This document shows, in pieces, positions 51,562 through 58,530 of a stretch of DNA of 64,000 nucleotides. This DNA comes from Cytophagia bacterium. Lineage in GTDB: Bacteria > Bacteroidota > Bacteroidia > UBA7662. The notes beneath the pieces were generated by a model. It searched no databases. It worked only from the letters and a program-made list of their open reading frames with translations, and was not told where the DNA came from. The position numbers were made by a program, and so were the translations under genes. The number at the start of each line of letters is the position of its first letter. The stretch's first letter is position 1. The DNA is taken from NCBI GenBank assembly GCA_009926405.1, contig RFOZ01000001.1, forward strand, positions 3,261-67,260, given 5' to 3'.

Positions 51562-53126
51562 CGAGGTAAGGAGGCCGGCTGAATATCTTGGATAAAGGCC
51601 AACCAGGATTCTGCGTATTTGCCTTTGAGAACCCGAGGGAATTTGTTTTGACCTCCCATTTTGTTCAGGGTATTCATCCATTCCAAGGGCACTTCCTCGG
51701 AGAGGATGACAATTTCCATAATACGCAAGGCGTGCCTTCTTTCCACATCGTAGTCGTCGTTCAAACCACGAAGAATGGTATCTAGTTTGAGCAGCAGGTC
51801 CACTTGCCTTTCCCGCGCTTGGGCGACTTGTTCCTTGGCCACCGACAAATACCAACGATGACCGTAGCCACCGCTCGTTGACAACCCCATGACGGCGCAT
51901 TCTCCCAATGTAAGGTCTTCGTCATGAGCTAGTTTGAGACATCCTTCGTTGATGTTCTCCATCGAAAGATGCTCTCCACACAGGCTCAAAAAATGTTTAA
52001 TACGGCCGGTGATTTTAATTTCGATATTGTGCAAACACTCAAAGCGAATCGTATCACCAATCAAATATCGCCAGGCCCCGGAGCAGGTGGTAATCAAGAG
52101 AGCGTAATCCTTGTGGGCCTCCACCCGATCGAGGGGAATCGCTTGGGCTTGCGGTCGGACCTGTCCATCCTCGTCAAAATTTTCTTCGTCAAAGGGAATG
52201 AATTCGTAATAAATTCCGTTGTTAAGACTGAGGCGCATGCCTTTGCGTTCCGGCGCAATCCGCGTATCGTAAGCCAAAAATCCTTCGGAGGCCAAATACG
52301 TTTCGATCAAGGATAAGGGTCTGGCGCATAAGCGGTCCAAGGCAGGCATGTAGGGGTCGATGGCTACGCCACCGTAGGCAAAAACCTGAAGATTTGGCCA
52401 GATATCGTGGATGGACTTTACCCCGTAATGATGGACGATTCGCTCAAACAACAATTGCACCCAGGATGGTATCCCGGTGACCACCCAAATATCCCAATTT
52501 TTGGCTTGCAGGGTGATTTCTTGGATTTTTTGTTCCCAATCTTTGATTTGTGCTATCCGATCACCCGGCTTAAAAAAAGGGGTAAACCACAGGGGGATCT
52601 TGGAGGTATTGATGCCGCTGAGGTCACCATAAAAATAATGCCCCGAATGATTTAGGCTGGCCGACCCCCCCAGAATCATAATGCCTTTTTCGAAAAGCTC
52701 GCTGGGAAAGTTAAAGCGAGACAATACCAACATTTGTTTTATGGAAGTCCGGCGCATGGACTTGATCATATCGCCCGAAACAGGAATGTACTTGCTGGCG
52801 GCTTCGGAGGTTCCGCTGCTTAGGGCAAAGTACTTGATTTTTCCTGGCCAGGTAATGTTGGACTTGCCTTCGTGATATCGCTTCCACCAACGTTCGTTAA
52901 TGGCATTGTAATCGTGAATGGGCACGCGTCGGCTAAATTCTTCCAGCATCTGTCCGGAATCCAAAATGGAGGAGAACCCGTAATAGCGACCGATATCTGT
53001 GTTACGGGCTTTGCGCAGGAGGCGCGCCAGGACAATTTTTTGTTGGATTCTAGGGCTTAATATATTGAATTGCAGAGCTTTGCCTGCCTGAAGGGTGCGT
53101 TTGAAGAGGGTTCCTAACAGCGCCAT
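51558..53126 (-). CDS. GH3 (auxin-responsive) family acyl-acid amido synthetase-like protein
   Basis: FALSSGTS...KYIP, GDLSGI, ETYLASEGF, GAWRYLIGD, GR.KHFL...GE, KMGGQNKFPR. Confidence 0.9.
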   Translation of the reverse strand: MALLGTLFKRTLQAGKALQFNILSPRIQQKIVLARLLRKARNTDIGRYYGFSSILDSGQMLEEFSRRVPIHDYNAINERWWKRYHEGKSNITWPGKIKYFALSSGTSEAASKYIPVSGDMIKSMRRTSIKQMLVLSRFNFPSELFEKGIMILGGSASLNHSGHYFYGDLSGINTSKIPLWFTPFFKPGDRIAQIKDWEQKIQEITLQAKNWDIWVVTGIPSWVQLLFERIVHHYGVKSIHDIWPNLQVFAYGGVAIDPYMPALDRLCARPLSLIETYLASEGFLAYDTRIAPERKGMRLSLNNGIYYEFIPFDEENFDEDGQVRPQAQAIPLDRVEAHKDYALLITTCSGAWRYLIGDTIRFECLHNIEIKITGRIKHFLSLCGEHLSMENINEGCLKLAHDEDLTLGECAVMGLSTSGGYGHRWYLSVAKEQVAQARERQVDLLLKLDTILRGLNDDYDVERRHALRIMEIVILSEEVPLEWMNTLNKMGGQNKFPRVLKGKYAESWLAFIQDIQPASLPR

Positions 53127-53129
53127 GGC

Positions 53130-53783
53130 TTAGGAATTCGTTGGGCTGGGCGACCAGGATTCGGGATGGGTCCTCCATGCTTCGAGGGATGTTATGGCAT
53201 CCGATGAAAGGTAGTTGTTGGCTACCGCTGCCTCCAAAAGATCGGAATACGTACAAAGGCTGATAAAACGAAAACCGGCCTCCTCAAAGCGTTGATCAGC
53301 GATGGGAAATCCGTAATTGAAAACACTCATAACACACAAAACTTCCAGGCCTTCGCTGCGCAATGTTTCGGCCGCTTGTAGTGAACTCTGTCCAGTGGAA
53401 ATCAAATCTTCGATGAGGATGGTACGGGAACCTGGTTCGGCACGGCCCTCAAGGAGGCTACGGGTGCCATGCTCTTTGGCTTTGGTGCGAACGTAGGCAA
53501 AAGGGAGACCCAATTGTTCGGCGACCAGGACTCCTTGGGGAATGCCGGCCGTAGCAACGCCGGTTATCAAATCGCAACGCCCAAAGGTGGTGGTGATTCG
53601 ATCCGCCAATTGTTGGCGAATAAAAGTGCGGAATAAGGGGTAGGAAAGAGTGACCCGGTTATCGCAATAGATGGGTGATAGCCACCCAGACGCCCATCGA
53701 AACGGTTTGGTGGGAGAAAATTGCACAGCTTTGGTTTCCAACAATATCTTCGCAACAGCCAAGGCGCTCTCTTTTGTTTCCAT
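53130..53783 (-). CDS. pyrE: Orotate phosphoribosyltransferase
   Basis: F.WASGW.SPIYCDNR, GVATAGIP, YVR.KAKEHG, IEDLISTG.SS. Confidence 0.96.
   Translation of the reverse strand: METKESALAVAKILLETKAVQFSPTKPFRWASGWLSPIYCDNRVTLSYPLFRTFIRQQLADRITTTFGRCDLITGVATAGIPQGVLVAEQLGLPFAYVRTKAKEHGTRSLLEGRAEPGSRTILIEDLISTGQSSLQAAETLRSEGLEVLCVMSVFNYGFPIADQRFEEAGFRFISLCTYSDLLEAAVANNYLSSDAITSLEAWRTHPESWSPSPTNS
53720..53752 (+). promoter_or_regulatory. Candidate promoter for the NUDIX gene, inside pyrE
   Basis: ATTG (53720-53723), 21-nt spacer, TATCTTCG (53745-53752); near-consensus -33/-7. Confidence 0.45.
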
Positions 53784-54438
53784 GTTTCAAAATTACTTCT
53801 TTTATTGTCAGGACGTACCTTTTGCGTTTCGAGATCCTCGTGGATCTGAACCGGTTGACCTGGTGGAGGAGGTTTGGAAAGAAATGGAAGAAATCCTGCG
53901 TAAAACCGAGAAAACCAGCGAAGTTTCGGATTCTTCACCAATCCGGGAGGTGGTTACCAACGACAAGGAAGGATTCTGGGCCGACCTGATGCAACGGTGT
54001 TTGTTGCTGGAGGCAGGTGGGGGTTTGATTTTTAGTGAAAATAAAATGTTATGGATTCTCAGACACGGCCGGTGGGATTTGCCCAAAGGCAAAGCAGAGC
54101 CTGGCGAATCCATGTTAGAAACGGCCATACGGGAATGCATAGAGGAATGTGGTTTGGTTGGTTTGGCCCCATTGGATCCTAATAACAATTTGGAAACCAA
54201 TCATTTGTACTTGTTCAAAGGCCACGTCGCTTGGAAGCGAAGCCATTGGTTTACCATGACTTGTCCGATGCAACAGAATTTGCAACTTCAACCCCAAACC
54301 GAAGAAGGTATCACCGAAGTCCGATGGATGTTGCCCGAAGAAGTGCGTTCGGTTGCCTTGCCGTGGACCTACCCTTCGGTCCAACGGTTGATCCGCATGC
54401 TTGATCCTCCAAGCCTCAAAGGCTTTGGTCGGATTTGA
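53782..54438 (+). CDS. NUDIX hydrolase
   Basis: WDLPKGKAEPGESMLETAIRECIEECGL Nudix box, EAGGGL, PQTEEGI; ATG 53782. Confidence 0.9.
   Translation: MFQNYFFYCQDVPFAFRDPRGSEPVDLVEEVWKEMEEILRKTEKTSEVSDSSPIREVVTNDKEGFWADLMQRCLLLEAGGGLIFSENKMLWILRHGRWDLPKGKAEPGESMLETAIRECIEECGLVGLAPLDPNNNLETNHLYLFKGHVAWKRSHWFTMTCPMQQNLQLQPQTEEGITEVRWMLPEEVRSVALPWTYPSVQRLIRMLDPPSLKGFGRI
53788..53795 (-). promoter_or_regulatory. Candidate -7 box for pyrE, inside the NUDIX gene
   Basis: TAATTTTG-AAAC-ATG on the minus strand. Confidence 0.6.
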
Positions 54439-54907
54439 GTGCCGAAATACCCCTTGCCACAACCGCGGGTACCAAAGGAGCAGGGTTGCCCCCGTGCAAT
54501 ACAATATCGCGGACCACGGAGGAAGAAACCGCTTGCAATCCGGGGTCACAGACCAAAAAGAACGTTTCCACCCCAAAAAGGTCCCTGTTCAACTGAGCAA
54601 TGCTTTTTTCGTTCTCAAAGTCCAAAGTGTTTCGAAGGCCACGAATCAAAAACGAGGCTCCGATTTCTTGGCAAAAACGGGCTGTTAAATCTTGATAGGT
54701 CAGGACCTGAACGCGGCTGTCACCCGTCAACAATTCTTGCAACCAACCCAGGCGGGTTGCCAGTTCAAAGAGGTATTTTTTTTCGGTATTGTGTCCAACG
54801 CCGACGACTATTCGGTCAAAATGCTGAAGGGAACGCTGAATGAGGTCCAAATGCCCAAGGGTGATGGGATCAAAGGATCCGGGAAACAAGGCGGTACGAG
54901 GGCTCAT
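54416..54907 (-). CDS. coaD: Phosphopantetheine adenylyltransferase
   Basis: FPGSFDPITLGH, IRGLRNTLDFE.E, VSSSVVR. Confidence 0.95.
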   Translation of the reverse strand: MSPRTALFPGSFDPITLGHLDLIQRSLQHFDRIVVGVGHNTEKKYLFELATRLGWLQELLTGDSRVQVLTYQDLTARFCQEIGASFLIRGLRNTLDFENEKSIAQLNRDLFGVETFFLVCDPGLQAVSSSVVRDIVLHGGNPAPLVPAVVARGISALKSDQSL

Positions 54908-54963
54908 GGTTGTGGGGAGGGCTGGATGCCTGATTAAAGAGGCTTGGCGTGCCTTAAAGGTTG

Positions 54964-55527
54964 TTAACGATATTCAAAAATACAAAAACGGGTGAGACCG
55001 TAGGTTAGTACATGTTGAGCCTGGTGGTGGAGACTAAAGCGTTGGTAAGTGATGGCGTGTTCAATCACAAGCAAACCCCCTGAAACCAGCAAACCCCCGT
55101 CCAAAATGCGCTCTACCAATCCCTCTTGCCGTGCATCTCCGTAAGGTGGGTCGGCCATAATTAATCCAAAGGGTTGACCGCCCATGCTTGATAACGAAAG
55201 CGGCCGGTCGTTGGGGGCAAGGAGGTCCGCATCCAGGACGCTCCAACGGGGCTCGTTTAAGCCTGCGCGTCGCTTGTTCAGGTGCCGAAGGGCCTCCGGA
55301 TGCCGATCCACGCTTACCAAACGGGCGGCTCCCCGGTTTAGGCAAGCCAATCCAAGGGTCCCGGTTCCCGCAAACAGGTCCAAAACATCGGTCTGGCTCC
55401 AATCCAAACGCGTACTAAGGTGATTGAGCAGGCCCAATGCGGCCTTGGCAGTCGTGGGTCGGACGACCCAACCTGTTGGCTTGGCGGCTCCTACGGAATG
55501 CCTGCGGCTCCTTTCCCTCATTCGCAT
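54964..55527 (-). CDS. rsmD: RsmD-family (16S rRNA m2G966) methyltransferase, divergent
   Basis: VRPTT, VLDLFAGTG, RGA, ADPPY, VIEH, YG; upstream of coaD; start set at ATG 55527 overlapping the previous gene's end. Confidence 0.82.
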   Translation of the reverse strand: MRMRERSRRHSVGAAKPTGWVVRPTTAKAALGLLNHLSTRLDWSQTDVLDLFAGTGTLGLACLNRGAARLVSVDRHPEALRHLNKRRAGLNEPRWSVLDADLLAPNDRPLSLSSMGGQPFGLIMADPPYGDARQEGLVERILDGGLLVSGGLLVIEHAITYQRFSLHHQAQHVLTYGLTRFCIFEYR

Positions 55528-56423
55528 GCTGCCTGCCAAATCCGCAGGCCCTCCTGGAGACATTCAAGCCGTGTCAAGGCCAGGTTCGGGATTCCCTGCC
55601 CTTGGCCTTGAAAATCCAAGGGCAAAATTTGTTCAAAAGCGTCTTCCAGGGCAGCGTTAACCTCGGGATCCTTGGTTAGTGGCCTTGGGCCATGCAAAAT
55701 TTTTGCCCCGTGTTTTTCTTTTTGACGCAACAAGTGAAAAAGCAAATCGTGGGAATGGTTCACCAGGTAACGACCATGGTGCCATAATTTTTGAGGCTCC
55801 ATCACCCATATGGAAACATCCCTAGGGCCCGACAACATCGCAACATGCAATTTTTTGGCATCAGAAGTGGCAATCCTTTGTTGCCAAAAAGCGGTCCAAA
55901 GAACCGAGGCATTGTACAAGGGCCCCAAAGTCGTATCCTGGGTTAAGGCCTGGTGCAAAGGTTGGGGTATGGCAAAAACCTGAACCGCTTGAAAAGCGGG
56001 CCATGCCTGCCAACCGAGACTTTCGCCCCCCAAGGGACCGCAAACCGATTCAAAAAGGGGAAGAAGACCGGGAACCTGTTCGGGCTTTTCGACCAAACCT
56101 CTTCGACCGGTTCCCCAACCCCATTCCGTCACCAAGCTGAGCGGCATCCATGTACTCCGCGGCAGGTCCGCTACCCAAGCCTCCCATTGGGGTTTTTTTT
56201 GCATCAAGGCCTGGAGGAAGGTTCGGGCCTGTTCGGGTTGAGGGGTATCCCGGTCCGCAAGCAAACCAACCGTTTCTTCGGAACGATAGGCGCGTAGGGA
56301 TTCAGGTAGTAGGAGGCCCAGAGGCGGTAAATCCAGAACTTCCCAGGGGGGACCGATGTACAATTCGTTATCCAAGCCCCATAGGCTAGGATTCCGGAGG
56401 GATGGAGGGTGTTCCGCCAACAA
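55518..56423 (-). CDS. Hypothetical protein, probably a divergent DUF3822 family member (start uncertain)
   Basis: Position and terminal ...ACE* overlap with the rsmD ATGCGA start resemble the Bacteroidota DUF3822-rsmD pairing; DLLFHLL motif; family call rests mostly on synteny. Confidence 0.5.
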   Translation of the reverse strand: MLAEHPPSLRNPSLWGLDNELYIGPPWEVLDLPPLGLLLPESLRAYRSEETVGLLADRDTPQPEQARTFLQALMQKKPQWEAWVADLPRSTWMPLSLVTEWGWGTGRRGLVEKPEQVPGLLPLFESVCGPLGGESLGWQAWPAFQAVQVFAIPQPLHQALTQDTTLGPLYNASVLWTAFWQQRIATSDAKKLHVAMLSGPRDVSIWVMEPQKLWHHGRYLVNHSHDLLFHLLRQKEKHGAKILHGPRPLTKDPEVNAALEDAFEQILPLDFQGQGQGIPNLALTRLECLQEGLRIWQAACE

Positions 56424-56431
56424 AAAAGGGC

Positions 56432-56968
56432 TTATTCCCAGTTGCCGCTCAAATTGGCGTCGACCATGGAGCCAACCCGCAGGACTTTGCGGGTGTCAAA
56501 CGGAGCCGAGTCTTCCACCTCAAAAACATTGAGCTCCAGGTTGCTTTTTTTGACTTTCCCGGCTCGCAAAATGAACCGAGCGGTATCAGCGTACGGAACA
56601 AAGGGCAAGGAGTCGATAGGGTAATTCTTAAAAAGCGAGTCAGCCACCGAAATCAAGATGGTTTCGTAGCGAATCCCACGACGGATATCGGCCGAATCAT
56701 CGGGGTTGCCGATGACTTTGGTGATTTTCATCTTTCCGGTCTTGGTGTATTGAAGGAGTTTTTCCCACGTATCGGCAAATTCGCCGTTGTTTTCACGGTA
56801 GGTTACCTGTGCGGTTCGGATTTGCTTCAGACGGTCAATAACGGCCGCATAGCGTCGGTCCCGCTCCTTTTCGAAACGCAAAGGTTTGGCCACGGTTTCG
56901 ATGGTTTCGTAGGTGAGCCAAACAATCAGACCCAGAAGAACGAGTTTGAGGATGTTTTGGAGGTTCAT
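56432..56968 (-). CDS. Conserved hypothetical protein with N-terminal membrane anchor
   Basis: TM helix then P..F......RY..VI.RLK.IR.AQ..Y....G.FA; ends VGS...ANLSGNWE. Confidence 0.75.
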   Translation of the reverse strand: MNLQNILKLVLLGLIVWLTYETIETVAKPLRFEKERDRRYAAVIDRLKQIRTAQVTYRENNGEFADTWEKLLQYTKTGKMKITKVIGNPDDSADIRRGIRYETILISVADSLFKNYPIDSLPFVPYADTARFILRAGKVKKSNLELNVFEVEDSAPFDTRKVLRVGSMVDANLSGNWE

Positions 56969-57020
56969 AAGGCGGATTTGCCCTGCAATATTACCAACAA
57001 CACCTCAAATTAGGGTTTGC

Positions 57021-57032
57021 GTTTACGTAAAC
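57021..57032. promoter_or_regulatory. Perfect 12-bp palindrome, candidate operator
   Basis: GTTTACGTAAAC, 32 nt upstream of the regulator ATG. Confidence 0.45.
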
Positions 57033-57064
57033 ATTTTGGGCTCCTTGGTGTTGAATTCAAGGAC

Positions 57065-58012
57065 ATGGACCGTTTTTCGATAAAAGATATTGAGGCCTTA
57101 ACTGGCATTCGGGCTGCCACATTGCGAATGTGGGAGTCACGTTACAACCTGATCGAGCCCAAGCGAAGTTCGACCAATATTCGTTATTACGACCAGGATG
57201 ATTTGCGAAAACTGCTGGGGGTCGCCGCATTGATGCGTCAAGGGGCCAAGATTTCCCGCCTGGCCAAAATGCCGGCGGAGGAGTTGCACCAGGCTGTCCT
57301 GCATCAAGAATTGGCCCCGTTGCCATTGGATGAACGGCTGGAAGCGCTTACCCTTGCCATGATTAGCCTGGATGAACCAGCCTTTCAAAGGCTGCTGACC
57401 CGAGCCTTTGACCAATGCGGGGTCGAGGAAGCCATGATGGACCTGATTTTCCCTTTTTTTCGACGGATCGGGATCTTATGGCAAACAGGGTCCATCAATC
57501 CGGCTCACGAACATTTTATTACAAACATCATTCGTCAAAAGTTGATTGTGGCCATTGATCGTTTGGCGGAACAAGCGGGGCCTGTCCCAACGTCCAACCC
57601 AACGTCCAACCCGGCTTACAACGCCCGTCGTTATCTTTTGTACCTGCCCGAAGGCGAGTTTCATGAATTGGGCTTGCTTTTTGCTAGTTATCTCCTCAAG
57701 GCCCGGGGTCAGCAAGTCGCTTACATCGGTGCGAATGTACCCTACCCCGATTTGTTTGTCCTGGATCAGCAATACCGTCCCGATTTCACTCTTTTCTCCA
57801 TGACCTCTTCCCTGGCCCAGGATTCGGTCGCGGATTATTTGGCGCGAATCAAGCAGGATTTTCCTCGTTGCATCCATTTGGTGACGGGTCCGTTGGCGGT
57901 TCTCGCTGAAGGTCAGGTTCGATGGGAAAGCCCCTTGGTTCTTGTCAAAGATTTCAAAGACCTGATTGGACGAGTCGAGGCCTATGCGGCCGGAATGTCG
58001 GTGGCAGTCTAA
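57065..58012 (+). CDS. MerR-family regulator with cobalamin-binding domain (CarH/LitR-like)
   Basis: FSIKDIE.LTGI...TLRMWE.RY..P.R....RYY HTH; W-x9-EH (WQTGSINPAHEH); E-x-H-x2-G (EFHELG); YIGANVP; ATG 57065. Confidence 0.9.
   Translation: MDRFSIKDIEALTGIRAATLRMWESRYNLIEPKRSSTNIRYYDQDDLRKLLGVAALMRQGAKISRLAKMPAEELHQAVLHQELAPLPLDERLEALTLAMISLDEPAFQRLLTRAFDQCGVEEAMMDLIFPFFRRIGILWQTGSINPAHEHFITNIIRQKLIVAIDRLAEQAGPVPTSNPTSNPAYNARRYLLYLPEGEFHELGLLFASYLLKARGQQVAYIGANVPYPDLFVLDQQYRPDFTLFSMTSSLAQDSVADYLARIKQDFPRCIHLVTGPLAVLAEGQVRWESPLVLVKDFKDLIGRVEAYAAGMSVAV
57586..57612 (+). repeat. 12-bp tandem duplication (PTSN x2) in the regulator's inter-domain linker
   Basis: cccaacgtccaa cccaacgtccaa ccc. Confidence 0.85.
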
Positions 58013-58041
58013 TAGAATTCTCCTCTGCTTAATCATCCCTC

Positions 58042-58503
58042 ATGGCCGTTTGGACAGTTTTTTTGGGCGGAATGCTCGGCTTTGGAGGGATGGAATTTTT
58101 GGGCTGGATAGTGCACAAATATTTGATGCATGGCCCCTTATGGTTCATACACCGGACCCATCACCGCCCTTCGGGTCGGGGGTTGGAATGGAACGATGTT
58201 TTTTCGTTGGCTTTTGGAGGTTTGGGTTTGTATTTGTTGCTTGGAGGCCTCGATCCTTTCCGGCCTTTTCAATTGGGGTTGGGTATCGGGGTTTGTTTGT
58301 ATGGGACCTTGTATTTTGTTCTACACGACGCGTGGGTTCATCGTCGATGGGTCTTGCCCAGGCCCTTGAACGGCCCCTATATCCAGGCGATGATCAGGGC
58401 GCACAGGGCTCATCATGCTTCGTTGAATGCCAAACCCTCTGAATCCTACGGGCTTTGGCTGATTCCGCGTAAATTCTGGCCTGGAAGGACGAGCAATCCC
58501 TGA
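58042..58503 (+). CDS. crtZ: Beta-carotene hydroxylase
   Basis: ME...W..HKYLMHG, HRTHH, E.ND.F, HDAWVHRR, RAHRAHH histidine boxes. Confidence 0.9.
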   Translation: MAVWTVFLGGMLGFGGMEFLGWIVHKYLMHGPLWFIHRTHHRPSGRGLEWNDVFSLAFGGLGLYLLLGGLDPFRPFQLGLGIGVCLYGTLYFVLHDAWVHRRWVLPRPLNGPYIQAMIRAHRAHHASLNAKPSESYGLWLIPRKFWPGRTSNP

Positions 58504-58506
58504 GGC

Positions 58507-58514
58507 TATCTTTG
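58507..58514 (+). promoter_or_regulatory. Candidate -7 box for the prolyl oligopeptidase gene
   Basis: TATCTTTG, 16 nt upstream of ATG 58531. Confidence 0.55.
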
Positions 58515-58530
58515 GGTAAAATTCTTACCC

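Noticed and set aside
55518..55550. Possible frameshift restoring an RsmD-like LRILAGSMR N-terminus
   Set aside because: ATG 55527 already gives the normal spacing to RPTT and the usual overlap with the upstream ...CE* ending; the alternative would need a CTG start.
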